From positions 1 to 34,255 of the IMG/VR virus record IMGVR_UViG_3300038316_000053: DNA of 34,255 nucleotides; one strand, written 5' to 3'. Under the pieces are notes generated by a model. The model ran no database searches. It was not told the origin of the DNA and saw only the letters and a program-made list of their open reading frames with translations. This document shows positions 26,747 through 34,218 of this stretch, piece after piece (within the stretch, counting starts at the first letter, position 1; every line of letters starts with the position of its first letter). This stretch comes from a virus. Lineage: Duplodnaviria; Caudoviricetes. Position numbers and translations under genes: made by a program.

Positions 26747-26941
26747 ATGTTAAAGGACGATATAAATGGCACTAAGTTCGGGGGCATGATCAATGAGCTC
26801 ACCTTAGAAGATGCTACAGATTACTATGAAAAGGGAATTAATGACATAACGGTACTAATGGGACTACCTGCAGCAATAGCAACAATCGTAACAGATGGAA
26901 GATACATACAGTTTGTAAACGAAAAAAGGACCAGTATCTGA
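26747..26941 (+). CDS. Hypothetical protein
   Basis: SD AAGGAG. Confidence 0.6.
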   Translation: MLKDDINGTKFGGMINELTLEDATDYYEKGINDITVLMGLPAAIATIVTDGRYIQFVNEKRTSI

Positions 26942-26982
26942 CTGATCCTTTACATACAGAAAACACGACAAAAAGGGAAAAT

Positions 26983-27088
26983 AAAAAACGCATTATCATA
27001 AATTTGACCGTTTGCGATAATGCGTTTTCAAAAAAACTACTAGCTAAACACTTATATACATTTTACCATAGCAGTGCTTAAAAGTAAA
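26983..27088 (-). ncRNA. Putative counter-transcript RNA upstream of rep
   Basis: Minus strand TTTACT-17-TAAAAT (27088-27060, extended TG); 13-bp perfect IR AAAACGCATTATC/GATAATGCGTTTT (26985-27028) with T tract. Confidence 0.55.
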
Positions 27089-27207
27089 TAAAATCAAAGG
27101 CTTTTAAGTCCTCGTAATAGGTATTATCTTAACGACCAACTGATATAAGAGTAAATAATAAGTTATTAGTAGTAGGTATTTTCCTAGTGAAGAATTAGGA
27201 GAGGAAT

Positions 27208-27969
27208 ATGGCATATAGGGAGAAGAGAATTTATTCAGGAGATTACTTTGAAGCAGAAATATATCAGGTACCTGAGAGCGAGACAAGAAAGCCAAGAAAG
27301 ATAAAAGAGCATGTGTCTAGTCCAACACAGAAAAACTTAAACAATAAAAATTCAATCAAATACTTAATAAGAGTAATAAATACAAATTTCACAGATAATG
27401 ATATTCATCTAACGCTTACATATGATCCTAAAAACTATCCATTATCAGAAGAAGAAGCAAAAAAAGATATGAGGAATTTTATTCGCAGAGTACAAAGGTA
27501 TTGCAAAAAGCATAACCTTTCTTCTCCGAAGTACATATATATTTTTGAATACAAAGACCCAACGAAATATAAAAAAGGGATACGGATGCATCACCATGTA
27601 ATTATAAGTGGACATATTGGAAGAGATGAACTAGAAAAGATATGGAAAAAAGGAAGAGCAAATGCAAAAAGATTACAAGCAGATGAATTTGGCTATGAAG
27701 GGCTAGCGAGATATGTTTCAAAGAACCCAAAAGGAAGTAAAAAATATATTCCAAGTAGGAATTTAGAAAAGCCTACCATAAAAGTAAACGATCATAAATA
27801 TAGCAAACGAAAAGTAGAAAAGCTAGCGAGGACACCAGAGGACCGAAAAGTATTTGAAGAATTGTACAAAGGATATACATTCACACAATGCGAAGTAGCA
27901 TACAACGATTTAACAGGTACTTCTCTATACATAAAAATGAGAACATACAAAAAGGAGGGATTAGATTGA
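27208..27969 (+). CDS. HUH-superfamily rolling-circle replication initiator (Rep)
   Basis: Motif I HLTLTY, motif II MHHHVII, motif III LARYVSK; SD AGGAGAGG. Confidence 0.85.
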   Translation: MAYREKRIYSGDYFEAEIYQVPESETRKPRKIKEHVSSPTQKNLNNKNSIKYLIRVINTNFTDNDIHLTLTYDPKNYPLSEEEAKKDMRNFIRRVQRYCKKHNLSSPKYIYIFEYKDPTKYKKGIRMHHHVIISGHIGRDELEKIWKKGRANAKRLQADEFGYEGLARYVSKNPKGSKKYIPSRNLEKPTIKVNDHKYSKRKVEKLARTPEDRKVFEELYKGYTFTQCEVAYNDLTGTSLYIKMRTYKKEGLD

Positions 27970-28142
27970 ATAATTTTTCACCTTGTAAAAATTGCGAGAA
28001 CACACGAAGTGGATGTAAAGAACGGGAGAACTGCAAAGAGTACAAAATCTATGAAGAAGTAAGGGAGCTGGTATATAAAAAAAGGAAAGAGGAGTGTAAT
28101 AGGAGAAATAGGTGGTGGCATAAGAGTAATTGTTACAGATAA
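27966..28142 (+). CDS. Small Cys-rich protein
   Basis: TTG start (TTGA overlap, SD AGGAGG): PCKNC..R.GC....C..Y. Confidence 0.6.
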   Translation: MNNFSPCKNCENTRSGCKERENCKEYKIYEEVRELVYKKRKEECNRRNRWWHKSNCYR

Positions 28143-28175
28143 AAGAAAATAAAACAAAATTAGAGGAGGGAAAGG

Positions 28176-28370
28176 ATGATTGTAATAGCGTTTGTGGTAG
28201 GTGGAACATTAGGGGCATTCTTATATGGGTCAGAGAATGAAAATATCTACACAGAAGAAGATCTACGAAAAGCAATTGAGGACAAAGTATTTTGGTACAA
28301 AGAATACGTAAAGCTAGACAAAAGAGTGAAATACTGGAAGGGATTTCATAAGAAGGGGATAGGGGAATGA
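28176..28370 (+). CDS. Small protein with N-terminal TM
   Basis: SD GGAGG; hydrophobic N-terminus. Confidence 0.55.
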   Translation: MIVIAFVVGGTLGAFLYGSENENIYTEEDLRKAIEDKVFWYKEYVKLDKRVKYWKGFHKKGIGE

Positions 28371-28540
28371 ATATCAATCCAAAAGATTTTGAAGGCGATT
28401 GCCCAATGACCGTAGAAAACGCAAAGAAGTATGACATAACGGAAGAAATTGAAAAAACATTTTGTAGTCTAGGATGCTCTGTTAAATGTAGCGAGTTGCT
28501 CGTGGCAAGGATACAACATACGAGAAAGGGTGGAAAATAA
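28367..28540 (+). CDS. Hypothetical protein, 57 aa (not in ORF track)
   Basis: ATGA overlap; coupled to the next gene. Confidence 0.5.
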   Translation: MNINPKDFEGDCPMTVENAKKYDITEEIEKTFCSLGCSVKCSELLVARIQHTRKGGK

Positions 28541-28839
28541 TGACACGGAAAAAAGAAAAGGAACAAGAAGAATGTACTGAAATGAAAGTGTTATCGAAAT
28601 GGGATTATGATAGTAAAAAATATGAAGATCATAAAGTACCAGAGGATTGGAATGTATCACTCTATGAGAAGGACTTATCAAACATAATTAATTGTGCAGA
28701 ATGCGGAGAACAAATTGAATTTGGAGATGCTTACACATCTGCAACAATTCATAATGATTATGGATTAGGCTTCTCCATTTGTTTTGGATGCCACGAAGAA
28801 GAATTTGAAGAGATTAGAAGAAGGAGCGAAGTATATTGA
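28540..28839 (+). CDS. Zn-finger hypothetical protein
   Basis: CAECG...CFGC. Confidence 0.65.
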   Translation: MTRKKEKEQEECTEMKVLSKWDYDSKKYEDHKVPEDWNVSLYEKDLSNIINCAECGEQIEFGDAYTSATIHNDYGLGFSICFGCHEEEFEEIRRRSEVY

Positions 28840-29150
28840 TTGACGGAAGTAAATATGTGCGTTCAGATGATTTAGGTACGCAAATAGATATCTTGATAAA
28901 GAGCGTATTGGACGAAAGTGTTAGGAAACATGGGGAAAGATTTACATATGAATTATGCCCGAATTGCGAGCATGAAGTTAAATTAAAAGCTGAATTAAAA
29001 GAGCAAATTTGCCCTAATTGCAATAAAGCTATATTACCATGCAGTATATGCGAGACGTGTAGTACGACTTGCCCTATCAAAAGGAAGGTGGACCCAGAAA
29101 TGACATGCAAAGATGGAGTTTGCTCTATTGATTGGGGAGAAGAACAATGA
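28836..29150 (+). CDS. Cys-rich Zn-ribbon protein
   Basis: CPNC...CPNC...PCSIC..C..CP. Confidence 0.65.
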   Translation: MIDGSKYVRSDDLGTQIDILIKSVLDESVRKHGERFTYELCPNCEHEVKLKAELKEQICPNCNKAILPCSICETCSTTCPIKRKVDPEMTCKDGVCSIDWGEEQ

Positions 29151-29671
29151 AGAACTACAAGATGGCAAACAAGGGCGCAGGATTTGAAAGAGAAGTTGAA
29201 CTGGCCAACCTGGCATACAAGAGAAAAGGCATTGCCATTATCCAGAAAATCGCTACACCATGGAAAATCGTAAGGCGAGGGGAAAAGCTTCAGGCATATC
29301 CGCAGAGTAAAAGCACACTGGATTTTAGAGGGACGGTAAAATGCGGAATTAGCATTTCTTTCGACTGCAAAGAATCAGAAGATATTAGAGGATTGCCACT
29401 AAAGCACATACAGGACCACCAAATAGAATACATACGAGAGGCATTAGGAGTAGGGGAAATTTCTTTTATCCTCTGCTTCATAAAAAAGCTAAACAAGAGA
29501 TACTTAATACCAGGGCAGACAGTACTAGACTATTGGGACGCCTGGAAAAAGAACAAAGGAAAGAAGGGTTACAACTTAATCTACGTAGAGGACATGGAAG
29601 AGGTTGTATCAAGAGACGGAATCATAATAGACTACCTAAGTGCGATTACAAGAAAGGTAGTGAACGCATAA
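29147..29671 (+). CDS. recU: RecU-family Holliday junction resolvase
   Basis: NKG..FE, I.K..TP, STLDF.G, FDCKE, IQDHQ motifs; ATGA overlap start. Confidence 0.88.
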   Translation: MKNYKMANKGAGFEREVELANLAYKRKGIAIIQKIATPWKIVRRGEKLQAYPQSKSTLDFRGTVKCGISISFDCKESEDIRGLPLKHIQDHQIEYIREALGVGEISFILCFIKKLNKRYLIPGQTVLDYWDAWKKNKGKKGYNLIYVEDMEEVVSRDGIIIDYLSAITRKVVNA

Positions 29672-29910
29672 TGATAAATGTAGACAAGTACGACAACATG
29701 GCCAAAGACGAAAGAGAAACAAAAGTATATAAAGACTACGAAGTAGGCGAAAAAGTAAAGGTGGTAAAAGCAAGAGACGCAAATGGAAAGAAGAAACTAA
29801 CGGCACGAGCAACAATAGAAGAAGTCTATGAAGAGTTTGCTCTTTGCTCTTTTAAAGATAAACCGTACAAAGAGTGTTTTAGATATGAGGATATAGAGGT
29901 GATATTATGA
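29671..29910 (+). CDS. Hypothetical protein (KOW/Veg-like beta barrel?)
   Basis: TAATG coupling to recU; EVGEKVKV...YKECF.Y.D. Confidence 0.55.
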   Translation: MINVDKYDNMAKDERETKVYKDYEVGEKVKVVKARDANGKKKLTARATIEEVYEEFALCSFKDKPYKECFRYEDIEVIL

Positions 29911-30119
29911 AGATGAAAGCAGAACAAATTAAAAATCTAATAGAAGGGCGCAAAATTAGAGCGGCAAACTGCAGAGAACAATGGAAATTCTATAAAGAGA
30001 GAAAGAACAGTACTCTTTCATTCACATACAAGGAAAGGACATTAGAAGAAGAAACGATAATTGAGGGGCTAGAATTATTGTTAAAAAAGGAGGATTCACA
30101 TAGAGAGTTAAATTATTGA
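29907..30119 (+). CDS. Hypothetical protein
   Basis: SD GAGGTG, ATGA overlap. Confidence 0.55.
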   Translation: MKMKAEQIKNLIEGRKIRAANCREQWKFYKERKNSTLSFTYKERTLEEETIIEGLELLLKKEDSHRELNY

Positions 30120-30162
30120 TTCGCAATCTGAAGAAAATGCGAAGCAAGAAAGGGGTAGGACA

Positions 30163-30417
30163 ATGAACAAGATAGCTTTAGGAAAATCAATTGAAATATT
30201 GATGGAAATACAGAGTGACTGGGAAGATGGGGTTGAGTATGAGTCCTTCAACATAGCTATAAACTCAGTCGAGAAACAAATACCAAGAAAACCACTTAGA
30301 GAATTTAATGGAATACAAAACCTGAAAATGTGCTTATGTGGTGGCGAAATATACAGCTATCCTTCATCTTTTAATTATTGCCCTTATTGTGGGCAGAAGA
30401 TAGATAAGGAAGATTAG
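30163..30417 (+). CDS. Zn-ribbon phage protein
   Basis: EKQIPRKP...CLCG...YCPYCGQKI. Confidence 0.75.
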   Translation: MNKIALGKSIEILMEIQSDWEDGVEYESFNIAINSVEKQIPRKPLREFNGIQNLKMCLCGGEIYSYPSSFNYCPYCGQKIDKED

Positions 30418-30468
30418 TCGCATAACAAATATATTACACACTTTAAATATAATGCAAAGGAGATAAAG

Positions 30469-30801
30469 ATGAATATAATACTAGGACATTTGGTTGGAGA
30501 TTATTTATTTCAAAGCGATTGGATGGCGTTAAATAAGAAATCGAAAGGTTTTAAAGGATTATTAGCATGTGTTATTCACTGTTTGATATGGACGATATCA
30601 ATGATGATATTTACTAATAATTATAATGTTTTGTTAGCATTAACATTATTTATATCACATTTTATTTTAGATAGGACAAAGCTTGTAGTATGGTATTTGA
30701 ACACTCTTAAAATAATGCCAAACCCTTCTATGTGGAAGGTAATAATTGTAGACAATACGTTGCATTTACTTATGGTTTATGGGCTATTGAAAATATTCTA
30801 A
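30469..30801 (+). CDS. DUF3307-like membrane protein
   Basis: HLVGDYLFQSDWMA.NK, H, SHFILD, DNTLH motifs. Confidence 0.8.
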   Translation: MNIILGHLVGDYLFQSDWMALNKKSKGFKGLLACVIHCLIWTISMMIFTNNYNVLLALTLFISHFILDRTKLVVWYLNTLKIMPNPSMWKVIIVDNTLHLLMVYGLLKIF

Positions 30802-30843
30802 GTCACATTTCAAATAAAATACGAAATAAAAGGAGAATAGCAA

Positions 30844-31026
30844 ATGAACGAAAAAATGAAAAGCTTTGAAGAAGCTGTAAAACCTATTCAGAAGTGGTTT
30901 AGGGAGAATTGTTGTCCTCATGATAGGGTTGTAATTGATTGGGATATGGCACGACTACTTGAGGGTGTGATGGGCATTACGTCAGGATGGATAGAGATAG
31001 AAAAACTCAACGAGTCGAATGAATAG
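30844..31026 (+). CDS. Hypothetical protein
   Basis: SD AAGGAG; FEEAVKP..KW..EN..PH motif. Confidence 0.7.
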   Translation: MNEKMKSFEEAVKPIQKWFRENCCPHDRVVIDWDMARLLEGVMGITSGWIEIEKLNESNE

Positions 31027-31065
31027 TACACGTTTCAAGTGAATTGCGAAATAGGAGGATTTAAA

Positions 31066-31236
31066 ATTAAAGACATATTAAAACAGGCTAACGATATAGT
31101 GAACGATTTTGATGAGTTTCTAGACATCTCCGAAATTATCGATGAAAGAACAAAAAAGGATAACGGCAAAAGATACACAATGAATGAAATTGCTGAAAAG
31201 TATAATTTGAAATTTAATAAAAATACAGAAAACTAG
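31066..31236 (+). CDS. Small hypothetical protein, possible ATT start or decayed start codon
   Basis: SD AGGAGG 31053-58 lies 7 nt before in-frame ATT; the track's GTG 31039 lies inside the repeat. Confidence 0.4.
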   Translation: MKDILKQANDIVNDFDEFLDISEIIDERTKKDNGKRYTMNEIAEKYNLKFNKNTEN

Positions 31237-31263
31237 AGGATTACTCTAAAAGGGAGAATATAA

Positions 31264-31650
31264 ATGAAGAAAATAATAGTAATGATATTAATTGTAGCTT
31301 CGTTAGCTATTGGATGTCAAAGAGAATCAGATAAAGTATCTTATAATTTATCATTAGAAGCGGATAATTTCAACATTGTAAGACAGCTGACAGTTATAAA
31401 TAGCAGAAGCGACGATATCCTGTTTCAAATGACAGGGAAGATGTCAATTAATACCGATTCATCGGATGGTCAATTAGAAGTTGTATCTGAAGATGAGAAT
31501 GGAGCTTATCATAAGCATTTCATCTATCTTAACGAATGGACAACTTATGTGGTCGAAGATCTTGGCGGTTCAGAGGTAGATAAGTATAAATATACTCTTA
31601 ACTACAATCCTAAGATGTGGATACCTGTTGATGTTGAGACTATAGATTGA
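31264..31650 (+). CDS. Phage lipoprotein
   Basis: MKK + hydrophobic stretch + lipobox LAIG-C; VSYNLS.EADNFN..R.LTVIN. Confidence 0.85.
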   Translation: MKKIIVMILIVASLAIGCQRESDKVSYNLSLEADNFNIVRQLTVINSRSDDILFQMTGKMSINTDSSDGQLEVVSEDENGAYHKHFIYLNEWTTYVVEDLGGSEVDKYKYTLNYNPKMWIPVDVETID

Positions 31651-31702
31651 TACATAATTCCAAGTATATTGTACACTGTAAATTAGAGGGGGTTAAGGAT
31701 AA

Positions 31703-32008
31703 GTGAGTGACATTAAAAGAGGTCAAAAGGTATGGGTGTCATTAAAAAATAAAATAAAAGAAACTACAGTAAAATCAATAGGACCTAAATATATAACCTT
31801 AGAAAATATTAGTATATTGTTTGACAGAAGGACTTTGACAAAAGCAGGTAGTTCCAATTCTAAATATTTTATCATTACAGATATAGAAAATATAGAAAAA
31901 TATGTAGAATACTACAAACGATTAATTGATAAAATCAAAAATGTTAAATGGGAAAATGTAAACAAAGAAGATTTAGAGAGAATTGCTGATATTTTAAGAA
32001 AATACTAA
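31703..32008 (+). CDS. Hypothetical beta-barrel protein
   Basis: IKRGQKVW...TVKSIG.KYITL. Confidence 0.65.
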   Translation: MSDIKRGQKVWVSLKNKIKETTVKSIGPKYITLENISILFDRRTLTKAGSSNSKYFIITDIENIEKYVEYYKRLIDKIKNVKWENVNKEDLERIADILRKY

Positions 32009-32074
32009 TTTGCAACTTAAGTAAGCTGTACAGCTTGAAGATTATGCTAATAAAAGAAGAGGCGAGGAAGTAAA

Positions 32075-32218
32075 ATGAATAATCATTACAAAGGTCAAGA
32101 AGGAGCATTGAAATTCATTGTCGATATTGCAGACGGCTATGATGGCTGTAATACAGTAGATAGTTTAAATGAACTCAGTCGTGAGCAGTTTACGATTATA
32201 TGCATAAAGGAGGAATAA
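32075..32218 (+). CDS. Small hypothetical protein, possibly truncated (not in ORF track)
   Basis: 47 aa: DIADGYDGCNTVDSL...; runs through a weak repeat copy. Confidence 0.4.
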   Translation: MNNHYKGQEGALKFIVDIADGYDGCNTVDSLNELSREQFTIICIKEE

Positions 32219-32220
32219 AA

Positions 32221-32289
32221 ATGGAATATATAGTAGCGGCTTTAATAATTTTATTGGTAGCATTTACCATAGTACTGATAAAGTTTTGA
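32221..32289 (+). CDS. 22-aa single-TM peptide (not in ORF track)
   Basis: SD AAGGAGG; MEYIVAALIILLVAFTIVLIKF. Confidence 0.5.
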   Translation: MEYIVAALIILLVAFTIVLIKF

Positions 32290-32316
32290 GCGGGAAATCC
32301 AAATAAGGGGCGAACT

Positions 32317-32484
32317 ATGGAAACTAAGAAAGTATTAAAATTATTGAGAAAATATGAAGAGTGCCCTAAATGTGGAAGTACTTACATAGGGAATGGACAA
32401 GGAACATTAATCATCGAAACAGATTATTTTATTAGAGGGTGCAAATGTGGCTTTGAAATAAAGATAAATGCAGAGGAGGTATAA
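32317..32484 (+). CDS. DUF3797-like Zn-ribbon protein (not in ORF track)
   Basis: KYEECPKCGS..IGNGQGTL.I....F.R.CKCG. Confidence 0.75.
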   Translation: METKKVLKLLRKYEECPKCGSTYIGNGQGTLIIETDYFIRGCKCGFEIKINAEEV

Positions 32485-32486
32485 AG

Positions 32487-32873
32487 ATGGATTTAGGAGC
32501 ATGCAGGCATTGCGGAGCGGTTATTATTGGCCAATACACGGACGAAATGACAGAAGACGAGAAAAATGAAATGGCTACACGAATGTGCAATTGTGCAAAT
32601 GCGGAATTGGAGCGGTACAAGCGGGACGAAAAGGCAATGACAAAAGAAAGAATAAGGGAGCTATTAATAGAAAAATCAGAAGAGATAGGATTCAAAAACA
32701 AAATAGAAGACACAGAAGTGCATTTGCTATTAGATATGATTGTGGACCTAGCATCTGATGGAAAGATAAATGGAATAAACATGGTTTTAGAGGACAGCAC
32801 AAGATTTAAAATCACCGAAAAAGAAGGAAAAATCAACGTAGAGCGAGTGCAAAATATAAAATACAAACTTTAA
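32487..32873 (+). CDS. Conserved phage protein with Cys motif
   Basis: GACRHCG...ATRMCNC..A; SD GGAGG. Confidence 0.75.
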   Translation: MDLGACRHCGAVIIGQYTDEMTEDEKNEMATRMCNCANAELERYKRDEKAMTKERIRELLIEKSEEIGFKNKIEDTEVHLLLDMIVDLASDGKINGINMVLEDSTRFKITEKEGKINVERVQNIKYKL

Positions 32874-32886
32874 TGTGAATTAACTA

Positions 32887-33275
32887 CTGCTGGCTCTAAG
32901 GAGTCGGTAGAAGCTAGCTTACATAAAAGCTAATACAAGCCAAAAAATAAAAAATAAAAGGAAGTGAAAAACCTCCCAAACTAATGATCTTTACTTTGTT
33001 GATTTATAAATATCTATTAAAAGCGGTTGGCTTGTCTGCTAATACAAAAAGAAAGAGGTGAGTTTTAAAAGCAACATAAAAAATTAAATAGCCACAAGGA
33101 TATCACTAATCTTTATTACAAAAACAAAAATAAAATAATTAACAAGGAGGATACCTCCTCGAACGATTGTATTTCGAAAATAAAAAACAAGATGTGATAT
33201 GTGGCGCATGAAATTAGAATAGTTTCATATTCTAAATCATTTTTCTTTTCACCAGGCGAGTCGAGAGGCTCGCCT
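32887..33275 (+). ncRNA. Putative large structured RNA/leader upstream of the late activator
   Basis: About 400 nt without a gene, at least seven helices, G-U pairs favouring the + strand, GAGA tetraloop. Confidence 0.55.
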
Positions 33276-33303
33276 AAAATATATGTTATAGGAGGACAAG
33301 CTT

Positions 33304-33726
33304 ATGACAGAGGTAAGAAAGATACTAAGAGATTATAATAGATTAAAAGCAGACGTTAGATCACTAAAGTTAGATATAGAAGAAATAGAAGAAGAAATCA
33401 TTGCAAGAGGAGCCTCACAAGATAACGACAGAGTAAAGACATCAAGTCTAAGTGATACAACAGCATCAAAAGCAATTGCAATAGCAGATAAAACAAAATA
33501 CTACACAGAGATAAAAAAAAAGCTAGAAAGAAAGATTCAAAGAATAGATAATAGTATGAGAGTTCTTACGTCCAGAGAAAAAGACGTTATAAGGATGAGG
33601 TACTTTGAAGATAAGAGTTGGGCGACAATACAACTAGCATTAAATGATTGTACATACGGAAATGCAAAGAGGATAGAATTAGAGGCACTAAAGAAGTTAG
33701 AACCGTACCTAATCGGAAAAATGTAG
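33304..33726 (+). CDS. RinA/ArpU-type late transcriptional activator (sigma70 region 4-like)
   Basis: SD AGGAGG; SD.TA.KA, coiled coil, LTSREKDVIRMRYFEDKSW..I; last gene before HNH/cos. Confidence 0.85.
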   Translation: MTEVRKILRDYNRLKADVRSLKLDIEEIEEEIIARGASQDNDRVKTSSLSDTTASKAIAIADKTKYYTEIKKKLERKIQRIDNSMRVLTSREKDVIRMRYFEDKSWATIQLALNDCTYGNAKRIELEALKKLEPYLIGKM

Positions 33727-33766
33727 AAAAAATGAAGGTTTACTAACGGTTTTATTGAAACAAGGG

Positions 33767-33813
33767 TGCTATTATTATAGAGTGAAGAACTGTAAGCAGG
33801 CAGTTCTTTTTTT
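33767..33813 (+). promoter_or_regulatory. Putative late promoter -10 followed by a terminator-like hairpin
   Basis: TGcTATTAT 33767-75; AAGAACTG-N8-CAGTTCTT plus T run 33785-33813. Confidence 0.55.
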
Positions 33814-33829
33814 ATTTAATAGGGGTTGA

Positions 33830-34162
33830 TTGCTAGTGAGACTAGACAAGCAAGGAGCACACCGTGGGAGTTATGAAAAGAATAAGAGAATCATATTTAA
33901 AACACAGAATACGTGTGGCATTTGTGGCAGACCAGTAGATTTTAGTATCAAGACTCCAGATCCAATGAGTGCAGTCATAGATCACATTATACCAGTATCC
34001 AAAGGAGGGCACCCAAGCGACATTGATAACCTTCAGCTGGCTCATTGGACATGCAACAGACAAAAGAGCGACAAGCTATTCATAGCACCTAAAGAAGAGC
34101 CTAAAGTGTTAGGTAACAGGAACTTACCACAGACGTTTGAGTGGCTTAAATACAAGAGTTAA
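33830..34162 (+). CDS. Packaging-associated HNH endonuclease
   Basis: CGICG, IDHIIPVSKGG, NLQLAHWTCNRQKSD; adjacent to cos. Confidence 0.92.
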   Translation: MLVRLDKQGAHRGSYEKNKRIIFKTQNTCGICGRPVDFSIKTPDPMSAVIDHIIPVSKGGHPSDIDNLQLAHWTCNRQKSDKLFIAPKEEPKVLGNRNLPQTFEWLKYKS

Positions 34163-34218
34163 TTTAAAAGACACGAAAGTATGTGCAACAGATTAAAATC
34201 AAATCAAGAAAAGATATA

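Larger units (their letters stand above)
30118..32316 (+). repeat. Dispersed degenerate 28-bp (11-6-11) intergenic repeats delimiting single-gene cassettes
   Basis: Copies at 30118, 30415, 30433, 30800, 31025, 31650, 32007, 32025, 32289 (weak copy ~32180); cores TGAAGA/CAAATA/TAAATA/CAAGTG/CAAGTA/TAAGTA. Confidence 0.7.

Noticed and set aside
30118-32316. CRISPR array or classical integron attC interpretation of the dispersed repeats
   Set aside because: The spacers are whole genes of variable length and the repeats are too degenerate for CRISPR. There are no RYYYAAC/GTTRRRY ends, no long attC hairpins and no IntI.
33094-33101. ACAAGGAT CsrA-like site within the structured region
   Set aside because: It is a single match, and the other GGA motifs are in stems rather than loops, so a CsrA-sponge call is unsupported.
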